A DNA stretch of 64,000 bases, from assembly GCA_024704765.1 (NCBI GenBank), contig JAKMXF010000319.1, forward strand, positions 301,464 through 365,463. Direction: 5' to 3'. The notes under the pieces are model-generated. The model was given only the letters and a program-made list of their open reading frames with translations, was not told where the DNA came from and ran no database searches. Source of the DNA: Oopsacas minuta. Taxonomy: Eukaryota; Animalia; Porifera. The position numbers and the translations under genes were made by a program. Of this stretch, positions 22,480 to 33,293 are shown in pieces; the first letter of the stretch is position 1; every line of letters starts with the position of its first letter.

Positions 22480-25053
22480 ATGAACTTCCATGACGATTAT
22501 CTTCCCTTAATTAATCAGCTGAACTATCAAATACACTCAGAATATTATACAATGCCATTTCCTAATAATGATTTTCAGACATACCTACCAGCTGTGAGGT
22601 CACTTTTTGTGCCACAATTTCCATTTCAATCGAATGAAATAGAAGAAACACAACATTTATCAAAATCGTGTGAGTTATTCTCATATTCTGACTACAACTA
22701 TCCAAACATCGGGATGTCTGCTCATTCAACAATACGACTAGCTGAACAGCCCACAGAAGAATCGGATACTGATCTAAACAGCACACCAATAGAGAGTGCT
22801 AATAGTATGCAAACATTTCAACTGAAGAACACCGTCGGCACTGTTGATGACATTTTGAGAATAAGAAAGGTTTGTTTACCAGAGCACATGCCCCATGGAC
22901 CATGGAAGTCTGCTGACGAAGCAAAGGCGAACCTTGACTCATGGGCCTACAATCTTCACGTCGATGGAGGGCGTTTAGCTTAATTTGGGGAGGACAGATA
23001 TATGCTACTAGCAAGAAGGGGTTTTAATAAGTGTTAGTTTGTCAAAGAAGTGGAAAGACTGTGTTAACAGGGGAAAAGAGGAGAACTTCTACGCTTAAAT
23101 GTGGTTGTACATTTAGAATTAGGATTGACAGTTGTGTTGAAGGATGGATCATTGCTGGTGGCCACTTGGAACATACAGGTCATGATTTGGTGGTGAATCA
23201 TGGAGCCAGTTTGGCGCAGGCATCTCTAAGGTTCATTCCTAAAGAACTAATAGAACTCTGAGAAAAGCTCAAACATGCGGGATTTTCTGCATCCAAGATT
23301 AACTAAGCTTTAGAAAGTGAAGCTTACAGACGTGCTCTACCCATATCCTGGAAATATAATGATATTTGTAAAGAATGTTCCCCTAGTGTAGAAGAAAGAA
23401 TTCTGGATGCAACCAATTTTACAGAATTTTTCCATTCACACCAAACTAATTATGGATTGTATTATAATTTGAATACAGATTCAGATGGTTCTCTCAATAA
23501 AGTATTTGGGTTCTCAAGGAAGCATAGAACAGTGGTCTGAAAATTTAGGGAACAATCCAGTTTTCTATGATACATCTCATGGGACGATCAAATATGGACT
23601 TAAGTTTGGAGCTTTTACAACCACCAATGCCTATGGACAAATGATCATTCTTGCTTGTTCTCTTCTATCAAACGAAACCGAAGAATCTTTTGAATTGGAT
23701 TTTTGGCGAATTTGTTGTTTCGTTTCCCAAACCTCCAAATGTCATATTGACAGATGGTGACCTTGGTATGGCAGCTACAATACAAAATGTTCGAACTACT
23801 ACTACACATCTATTGTATACTTTTCACCTCTCTCAAAATATCCTTACACATATTAAACCAATTCTAAGTAAGAGAAACGACCCGAAACTAAATTGGAACA
23901 ATTTTGTTAAATCCTGGTGGTCGATTTGCAAGAAGCAGGATGCACTTTCATGCACGGATTTTGAATTAGATAGGAATCGATTAATTGACATAATTGATTC
24001 TAACAAAGATTCATTGACTGCAAAAACGTACAAAGACATAAAAAGGTGACTCGATGTTTGATATGACAGACGTAAACAGTGTGCTGCTAGATGGACTTGG
24101 GCTTATTTAACTTTAGGAATACATTCAACCCAGAGAGCAGAAGCAGTTCACTCGGCAATTAAGCATTTTCTAACCAGATATACACTATTGACTGAACTTG
24201 CGAAACAAATGGATGAGTATCGACAGACTATTTCTGAAAGAGGTGAAGGAAAAGCAACACGAGCTATACTTAGAAATGATACTGGAATTCATTCAGATTT
24301 CTTATCCCAGCATCCCATTGTAGCATATTTAAGAGAACATTAGAGCCCATTTGCTTATGACTTAGCCAAAGCACAGATGATAAGATCTATGAATTACTCA
24401 ATCGAGAAATCTTTTCAAGTAGAGAATTCATCGGAGAATGAAGAAAATAGTAGCATCGGATAATCTCAATCACCAAGAAGTCATTCTCAATGAGCAGTTA
24501 AACGCAGCTGATCTAGGACTTATGTCATAAACAATAATTCAAAATGAAGTTTTATTGAGACGTACAAGAACCATAAATTGTTGTTGTCTCTTTCCAACTT
24601 GCTGGGAATCCCTTGCCGTCACATTTTCCGCATTTACTTAGATAATAGCCTGAACCATATGCCCAATGAAGCAATTAGCATATTTTCGTATAAAAAAATA
24701 AGCAGCAAAAGAATGAAATTCTCAACCAACTACTTTCTTCAAAACAGATTATAGTTCCAATAGTGTCAACAAACACATCTAAAACCAAAGATGAATGCTA
24801 TGAAATATTAATGGCAGAATGTAAAGACGGCGCACGAATCGCTTCTCAAACTCCTGAAAGTGCTAAGAATGTTCAGTTAGAGCTAAGAAAAATGTTCACC
24901 TGTTTGCTCGAGCCGAATGAAGGCACTAACTTAGCATCAAACCGCAATATAGTTAAGAAACAAATAATAGTTTCCAATCCTAAAAAGACACCTGGTCGTG
25001 TACAACCCTCTCAAAAACCAAAGAAGGGTCATCGCGAGACTGCAAAAAAGTAG
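22480..25053 (+). mobile_element. FAR1/FHY3-type Mutator transposase pseudogene (FAR1 DNA-binding, MULE, SWIM)
   Basis: LVCQRSG..STLKCGCTFRI..HLEHTGHDL; VFYDTSH..KYGL.FGAF..NAYGQ; VILTDGDLGM; TFHLSQN; STQRAEAVHSAIK; SWIM C-x-C...C-R-H. Many frameshifts/stops. Confidence 0.85.
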
Positions 25054-25528
25054 ATAATAGCATGAATGCAAATATACTTGTGATACCGGTTAACATAAAA
25101 GAAAGAAATATACATCAAATGAATTTTGGACCTGAAGAATAAAGAATAATAAATAATTCAATAATTTGATAAGATAATCCATTATCCTTTAACCTGAATT
25201 AGTTAACTTGGTCTTAAAGTTAAAACTGTACTATAGTATAGTACAGAAAATAGGAATGTACTATAGTAGAGTTAAGCTAAATATAAGTTATCTCTTAATA
25301 GAATATCAAACTTTAAATAATCCACTAAAGTTAATTTGGTGAAATTCAGCCTGAACAGACGGTGATTTTAGATTTTATTAGAAATATCTCTTTTGTGTAA
25401 ATTTGATATTCCTTACAGGAAGATGGTTATTATATATTAGGCATTATTTGTATGTTTATACATTACTCAAATTACAACTAAATATTTGTGGATATTATTC
25501 AGAATTATCAAATTGAACAGACAAAGAA

Positions 25529-26800
25529 ATGGCTAGCGTAGAAGTGAAGAGAAAGTTTATCGAACAAGTAAAAGAGAGTAGAAGTAAGATTAGAGACTGC
25601 TTCAAGAAGTCACATGAAGCTCTACAACTCAGAGAGAGTATCCTCCTCTCTCGTATTGATGAAATCGAGAAAGAGTATAATATCAAAAATGAAGAAATGC
25701 AGGAGTTATTGGAAGCTTTGGATAAATCAAAATCATTAATTACAGACACTCTGACTTCTAATAAACTTAAAGCCACTCATCGAGGAATAGAAATACTAAT
25801 AAATAAACAGATCGAGGAACTATCAGTCGATACAGACAGAAGTATTGAGTTTGAATGGAACAGTCATTTCGAAGCTGACATAGAACAGCTAGGGAGTATT
25901 ATGCTTAACGGTCAGACTAACAAACCTCCCACTCACACCTTCCCTCCTCAAGTGAAGCCTGTTGTACCTGACTACAAGGCTAAACACCTTCCTACTGCTT
26001 ACTGCTGTAAGAAATCTACAGACAAGAAAGCTCCAGGAGAGCTGCACGGTTCCAGAGGTATAGCAATACATTACCAGACTGGAAATATTTACATAGCGGA
26101 TTGTGACAACAATCGTGTACAAGTATTTAGCAGTAACGGAGACTATCTCTTCATGTTCAGTGAGAAGATGTACTACCCATGGGGAATCTGTATATCTCAG
26201 AATAAATTGTTTGTTACACAATTCTATGCTAATTGCATTAATAAGTACGAGCTAGAAGGGAAACTAATCAAGAGTGTTGGTAGTGAAGGGAATGAAGAAG
26301 CTCAGTTCAATTATCCACTGGGTCTAGATGTCTCTGATAGAGATAGCAATGTGTATGTATGTGATTTCTATAATCATAGAGTTCAAATCTTAACTCAAGA
26401 ACTCAAGTTCCATTCCATGCTAGGAATAGACTTGTTTGTGTATCCACGTGATGTTAAGGTTACAAGAGACAGAGTATTGGTGCTAGATAACAGTGATCCG
26501 TGTATGTTTGTGTTCAATTCAGATCACGTTCTAACCAACAGACTGATAACTAGAGGTGTTGGCAAACAAACAAACGATCCAAACTGTTTCGACATAGACA
26601 GAGACCATAACATCATTATGAGTGACTACTATAACCACTGTGTGTGCGTATTTAGTCAGGAAGGAGAACAGATTCACAAGTTTGGGAAGGAAGGTCAGGG
26701 TATCGGGGAGTTCAGTTACCCATGGGGAATAGTACTAGACAACACAGGACACATTGTTGTTGTGTGTGAGAAGAATACTAATTGTCTCCAATTCTTCTAA
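25529..26800 (+). CDS. Coiled-coil + NHL-repeat protein, array copy 5 (423 aa)
   Basis: Intact ORF colinear with the other copies. Confidence 0.9.
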   Translation: MASVEVKRKFIEQVKESRSKIRDCFKKSHEALQLRESILLSRIDEIEKEYNIKNEEMQELLEALDKSKSLITDTLTSNKLKATHRGIEILINKQIEELSVDTDRSIEFEWNSHFEADIEQLGSIMLNGQTNKPPTHTFPPQVKPVVPDYKAKHLPTAYCCKKSTDKKAPGELHGSRGIAIHYQTGNIYIADCDNNRVQVFSSNGDYLFMFSEKMYYPWGICISQNKLFVTQFYANCINKYELEGKLIKSVGSEGNEEAQFNYPLGLDVSDRDSNVYVCDFYNHRVQILTQELKFHSMLGIDLFVYPRDVKVTRDRVLVLDNSDPCMFVFNSDHVLTNRLITRGVGKQTNDPNCFDIDRDHNIIMSDYYNHCVCVFSQEGEQIHKFGKEGQGIGEFSYPWGIVLDNTGHIVVVCEKNTNCLQFF

Positions 26801-27137
26801 CTGACTGAAGAATTCTTTATAATTTGTACTATTTAGCGAAATAGTTTATTGTTTATAATTTTGTTTACTTTATTGATAATGATTATTTCCAGTTTTGTAG
26901 AGTTTATCTTATCTAAAGTGAAAGTTAATTGTGTTAAGGAAAAATGACATAAAAATAGGTTAAGATACTTTGATTACTACCCCCTCTGGATTCAAGACAT
27001 TATCAAATGTTTTCATAATATGTAGTATCTGATTGATGTAGAACTCGTATAAGACGCACCCCCTTAGGAAAACCAATTTAGTTGTTACTATCCGAGTTCT
27101 ACTCCATTAAGATATTTCCCTGCTCCAGCTCAAGGTA

Positions 27138-27837
27138 CAGTGAAACCTTTGGAATCGAGGCATGTGTGATACTGTGAAAATTTCTGACGTCCCGATTGTG
27201 GATTCAGTGTGGTATTGTGTCAAAATCATCATTTCCGTATATATGTACTTCATATTATGTCATACTATTGTTTCGTATTGCTAGTCGCACTGTAACGTTA
27301 AAATATTTCATTCTGCTACATATTGCTTATCCTGAACACCACGTCATCACTGCAAGGGCTGCTACCCAGGCTCTCCTCGACCTGGAGATATTCTTTCAGG
27401 ATCAGGGGAAGCAGTTCGACGCTGAGTGGTGCGCACTGCGCAGTACACGCTGACGAGGTCAAAAAGGTGGCAGCAGAAAAGCTTCAGAAGTCGACAAGGA
27501 CTAGCCAATTCTTCTCGCAATGGTAGTGTAGGTTCTGTGTAGCACATGTTTACCCTCAGAGGCGGATTGAATTGATTTCTTGTTCACTTATGTTGCATTT
27601 ATATTGTGTTATATTCGATAGTTATTGCGAAAATAAACATTTATCGATTTGATTTCAGTATTGATGCTCCGATTGCGTAGGGGATTTTAGTATTATTTCT
27701 ATGCGAGCTGAAAGAATTAGATTTTCACGGTTTGCTCCGATTCCCAGATTGTCGCTCTTTCCCCGATTGCAGAGGTTCATTTGTATGAGAAAATATTTTC
27801 GCAAAATTCAAGTGCCCCGATTCCAGAGGTTTCGCTG
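27138..27837. mobile_element. Complete pogo/Tigger-like non-autonomous element in the copy-5 3' flank
   Basis: TA-CAGTGAAACCTTTG ... CAGAGGTTTCGCTG-TA. Confidence 0.7.
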
Positions 27838-28268
27838 TAATGAGCATTGGTTATTTTCTGTGCTAACTAATAATAATATTCTTCGACCATTTCAGAATTG
27901 CAATTATTTTGTTTTATTCTTATTCGTCTTTGTAACTAAGATATTCTTGTAAATCGATGTCATTCAATCTCCATAAATGAATCTTATTCACGCTTATTCT
28001 CTGCTTTATAACTAAAAATAGTTATTTTATACATCAGAGTAATTATATTATAGTTTAATATACTTTTAGTATTCAATATGGTAAATGGTTGGATACTTTT
28101 GTCCTTTAACTGTATGTATGTTTTGGCTCTGCTGTTCACACCTTTTGAGATTAAGACACCAAATTTAGCATGTATACTCGTAGTGACATCTAGTTCTGCA
28201 TCTGTCATTTGGAATTTTTCGAATGTGTTTATTTCACACCTCTGTATTTTATCCCAATCAGATTGTAA

Positions 28269-31105
28269 GCGGGCCGGATTAAGCATCTTGCGGACCCTGT
28301 CCGCTACCTTTCGTTCAGGCCTTTCCTTGACAACGGATAAACAAACACAAAAATACAGATTTAATAATATAGATTCTTATTTTTTTTACGAATTTTTTGA
28401 TCCACAAATTTAAAGACTATTTCTTTGTCGTCGGTTTCTTCCAATAGCTCCCGCTCAATCGTAATCATTGCTACATCAGTGAATCGGTCCTCTGACATTG
28501 ATGTGCGTAGTACATTTTGTATATGTTTCATGTAGTTAAAACATCGTTTATCAGTCGCTACCGCGCACATGATAATCAAACAAATTCGCAATGCTATGGT
28601 GACATTGGGAAATACGCTGTCGATGCTATGGTTGCACAAATAGAGATATACACCGCCGAAGCTTAGACGATTATCATCACCGAGATTCCTAGAAGTACAC
28701 TTTATTCTCAGCTCTTCCCTAGGCACAACTGACATGAAAATACGATAATGTATGACCTCCTCAATAATTTAATGGACGTCTTTGAGGTGTTTAGGATATT
28801 TGTATATCAAATGTTGAACCTCTCAACAACTTCTTCTTTTGGGGCGGTCGCACATAAATTAATCAGAAAGCCAAACAATGAGTAGACATCCTTGTAGACC
28901 TCTGTACGACGAATCAGTTCCACAATGAGGAGGTCTATAATTGGTAGAAATACATTGATCCTGAATGAATCAATTTTGCTGGTTGAATGTTAACCTTGAT
29001 GTCTACAGCTCCCTCGGGAAGGATCTTTTCTTTCCTTTTGCGAAATATTATTTGTATCCAACAGAATCGCAGTGAAGCGTTCCCTCAATGACTTGAAGTA
29101 TCCAACCAATGAATTTAGGAGATATGATGTTGCACTAAGGTCTAATGAAGCATCTTGAAGGCATTTGTTGACGCTGTTGATTCGATGCAGTATTTGATTC
29201 CACAATTCTTTAAGAAGTGGGGTATCCCAGATGGACAGTGTACCAGATAGATTTTCAGCTTCATGTCGAGTAGATGGCTTTTGTTGCAAGTCGTTTGCAA
29301 TTTCCTGCAATGCTTCGTCCAGCTGATCATAACCTTCTTTCAAAGCACTTATCACCTGAGCGTGCACTGACCATCGCGTATCAGCGAGATTCTTTGGTTC
29401 TAGTTTATATCCAAGGTGATCGGTCAATACTTTCCATCGGAGGGGCATGTTCAAGAACTTTCTTTTGCATTCCGTTATATTTGCCAGACATATTTGCAGC
29501 GTTATCGTAGCACTGTCCCCTCATGCCTCCAAAGTCAATTCCTAGTCTATGAAGTAATTCGAGTGTTACATTTGTAAGTGAGTGCCCAGTGTATGAGAAA
29601 ATGGGGATGAAGGTAAGAAAGCGTTCTACAGGTTCATGTAGATGGGGGTGAATATAACGGATCACGACCACAAGCTGGTCTACATGACTGATATCTGGGC
29701 TTGAGTCAACACTGATGGAGTAATATTTTGCCTTTTTTACTTCAGCTACGATCGTATCAGTTGGTTTCTCTGCGATCACAGCGATGAACTCATCATCAAT
29801 AGTGGAAGATAAATATGATACACTCCCGCGCCCTTTGTTCGCGTATTTGGCGATGTGACCAGCAATGAATGCATCGAACTTTGCAAGAAGCTTTCAGTGT
29901 GTTAATATAGTTGCCTGAGTTAATACTATTATGTATATCTCTCATCGGTTCCGCGGAAAGCCAATCCGTTGGATCCAAGGAATTTTACTACAGCAATTAC
30001 TCTCTTTGGAACCTGTGACCAATAAACACGTTTAAACTCTATAGAGATGTTCAATTCACTGTTAATGTGACCATGTTGACTTTTTCGCGTAATCAGATCG
30101 AGAGTATATCGGCGATGATAGAGAGAGTTTTCATGACATTTTATTCGGTCGAAGTGTCTCTAGTCATTGAAGCCTTGTACGAAGGAATTGTTGGATTGTT
30201 TCGATGTAGTCGACATACTAGTGCATTGGAAGCAGTATACATTACCCGACAACGGTGAGTAGCAGAGCCATTCACGCTTGCCCAATTCGTCATTTGCATG
30301 TTCAAAATGAGCATTTTGTTCTGAAAATATCTGGACTCACCATTATTGTATACCCTCCTCTTCAATGCCGGATAACTCGTTGAGCGGTTGTGCGCAGCAG
30401 CAGTGCCTAGTCGAATTAGCTGGTCTGTCATTTCTGGGGCAGAATTTAGCGATTCACGCCAAGTTGACGGATCTTTCAAATGTATAGACAATTGAGATAT
30501 TACGAGAGGAGGTGAACTGTCTTCTCCAGCAGAAATATTAAGCTCCTCATGTACCTGCTGCAATTGTCCAAGACCATTATTAGATTGTGTTGGTGCGGAA
30601 TAAGTTGTCAAGTTTTGGAAGCTTTGATATATAACCCTCTGTGGAAGTAGCAGCATCTCGTTTCTGCGGCCCACTTTTGTGTTTGTAGGAAGACATCGAA
30701 TCAAAAATATAGCAAAGACAACTTATTAAGGAAAGTATCAAAATATACAAATAATTTGTAATAGTAGGAAATGATGATTAGTTATTAATAAACAACTATA
30801 ATATGTTATCACCATTTCACCTTAGTTAATTCATAGAGTTCATTGTTGACAAATTAATATCCAACCTTAAGAATAAGGAATTAGTCTTATGAATTGAAAA
30901 TACAAAGAAAGACAATTCCATTATGAGCAATTAGCTAATAATTGAAGTGGACAAGGTAAGTAAACTAAAACATCTAAAAGATTACCTAAACCCGGCCCGG
31001 ATCTGCGATTAGGTAAATATTCACTGGTTTGGAGACCCTGCGGCCCCCAAACCAGTCCAAGTCCTGTGCGATCGCACATTCCGCATGTGCAGTAATCCAG
31101 CCCTG
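28269..31105 (-). mobile_element. Full-length but decayed hAT transposon (2837 bp)
   Basis: TIRs GCGGGCCGGATTA / TAATCCAGCCCTG; 8-bp TSD GATTGTAA/GATTGTAG; empty site at about 10720. Minus-strand fragments YYSISVDSSPDISHVDQL, RGQCYDNAANMSG, LADTRW, FPNVTIALR..LRTSM. Confidence 0.9.
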
Positions 31106-31344
31106 GATTGTAGGGTTATATAATTATACATAAATACATAAAATTCGTTCTGGTGGAGTGTTTGTAATTTAATTAGCTCTGTAATGTATTTGTATTGATG
31201 TAGACTGTAATTCTATTGGTCAATGCATTCTATTTAATATATATATATATACTGATTTATCATATGATTAAGCATATTTTGGCACCTTTTCCTGAACATC
31301 TCAAAATTATCCTAGAGATTAGCTTCCACTTGTTAAATAGTGGT

Positions 31345-32181
31345 AAACAGAGACGTAGAATTAGATTTTTAGTATTTTAAATGTCTAACAAGATTAGTAA
31401 ATTTCAATTTTATCTTTCTTTGACTAAATGATTATTTGGACCATATACAATACTATACTTGTTTATCATCCCCGCCCGACCCATTTCATCTCCCTCCTCG
31501 GCAATTTTTATTTTAATACATATCTTTATTTAATACTTATATTCGCAAATGAGCATCTTCGAAACAAGCTAATTATTTAACACTAGCGCCCTTCGCTTGC
31601 TAGGCCGCTGAGCAGTGTGCCTAATCAGGTGATTTTCCGAAAATCCAAAAAGGTGGCAATGGCATCATAATTTCGTCAGGCATGAATTTTCGTCCAAGAC
31701 TCAAACCTGTCCGAGTCAGGCCCAAATAACCCTCCCTGTATGGCAAAAATCAGCCCTGGGGTGTGCACTACATTTTTATTATTATTATTTTTTATCATTA
31801 TTCTTATATAGAATTATAGATTAATCGCATTTGAATAATATTGATTATTGTAGTATAACCACAATAAGCATAACGTAACAAAACGTTGGTAATTCTTAAT
31901 AATTTGGTTAAACACAGTGTATTTTACTGATTGTTTTTCTGCGTATAATTATAAGCTATCTCACCTACCCTACTTGAGAGTTCCAGTTTTTTCAATTTTA
32001 CTCTTCTAAATTTCATAGATACATATTAGTGAAATTATGCTAAGCAAAAATTAAAAATAAGATGCCGCCCCTATTTCGCAGAAAAAAAGGGATGAGAAAC
32101 AAGTAATTTGTTTTATATGGCCTTAGTAGAATAGCAAACTTTCAATAATCCACTAAAGTTAATTTGGTGAAATTAAGCCTG
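31345..32181 (+). repeat. Near-exact direct repeat of 1-838: a sixth NHL upstream module with the Harbinger-like MITE (31439-32122) but no NHL gene
   Basis: Almost base-for-base match to the window start; homology stops at AATTAAGCCTG (32181). Confidence 0.9.
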
Positions 32182-32971
32182 CTGCAAATTACCAGCAAGG
32201 GGCGTCCCCAAATTACTTGACGTGACGTTACAGTAACCTCCCAAAGTGCATAACTATATGTTTTATGAATAAGATAACGCCACCTATACATTCAGAACAT
32301 ATGGTGTATTGCTTGCTCAGTGTGTGATCGCCTTTTTGGAACCTAAAACACAAGCATTTTGACGACCCCTGAGGTAAGTATATCGCTAGCATATCGGAAA
32401 CCAATCCAGTGAAATTGGACCCCTTACTAATTTCTTACACTAGCTATAATACGCCATAGAGTTTGTTCTTTGGCCATTGTGTATTAGTCATCAGGCCGCC
32501 CTTAACGGCCTACAACAAAGCTTTAGATACGATGTCCTTGAATCAATAACTATTGGTCAAATATTGACACGAATGTATACTCGAAATTCTTGGTTTATAA
32601 TAGAGTATTCGGTGTTCTGACAGGTTAAATATTGACTAATAGCTTAACATGAATGAATGCACACTTTGATGGTCTCGGGGAAATTACTCGTCATTCTATG
32701 TAATTTTGAGGTACTTCTGGCTTGGCTGGAGTGTGATTTTACTCTCGATTTGTGATTATAACTACTTGTATGTTTTCCCTCACAAACTATCTGCCTTTCC
32801 ACTTCCGACGTGTAAAATTTCTGGGTTTCACAGTGGTCGTTTCGGTACTACCCGACACTTATTCAAAATCATCCTATATTTGTAGCCAAGTTGTATTATA
32901 CACGTATAACGTATAATACATAATACACGTATTATGCGTCCTATATTAACCTCGAAATATGAGATTGTGAC

Positions 32972-33042
32972 CAGGGATGTCCTGCTCTAATTATAAGTAT
33001 GGGAGCGGTGCTCCCACACGCTCCCACAGCAGGACACCACTG
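32972..33042. mobile_element. 71-bp hAT-type micro-MITE
   Basis: TIRs CAGGGATGTCCTGCT / AGCAGGACACCACTG; perfect 8-bp TSD ATTGTGAC. Confidence 0.75.
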
Positions 33043-33293
33043 ATTGTGACACTGCTAGACTTGTATAAGTCACATTATTAACAAGAATTATATATTTGTT
33101 CAACTATGTTGGAATTTCTCATTACAATTCGAAACTCACTGTTTTGATGCAAAATATTTATAGCAGAAATCACCTTAATAGAAATTACGTCACTAAAAAT
33201 TGTAGATTGAACGTATAACACGTATTATACCTAAATACGTATAAACAACTTATATTTATAGTTCTTCATTCTATCCTCTGTCTAGATAGCAAG

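Noticed and set aside
952-25776. Recurrent antisense ORFs overlapping every NHL gene (e.g. 952-1233, 6654-6935, 12673-12954, 19690-19971, 25495-25776, and 1373-1705-type)
   Set aside because: Shadow frames of the conserved sense CDS; they recur only because the gene is duplicated, and their lengths vary freely between copies.
1500-26800. DGR-like mechanism: several variable codons look like AAC/AAT changed to TAC/TAT/GAT/ATC
   Set aside because: No reverse transcriptase and no invariant template repeat in the window; many variable codons change at non-A positions (TGT/CGT/TTT, CCA/TCC). Selection plus conversion explains it more simply.
32182-32520. Possible additional MITE ends (AGGGGCGTCC, CAGGCCGCCC; also 6070, 34458, 51079-51448)
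   Set aside because: Partial TIR-like motifs without a convincing partner and TSD; not supportable as defined elements.
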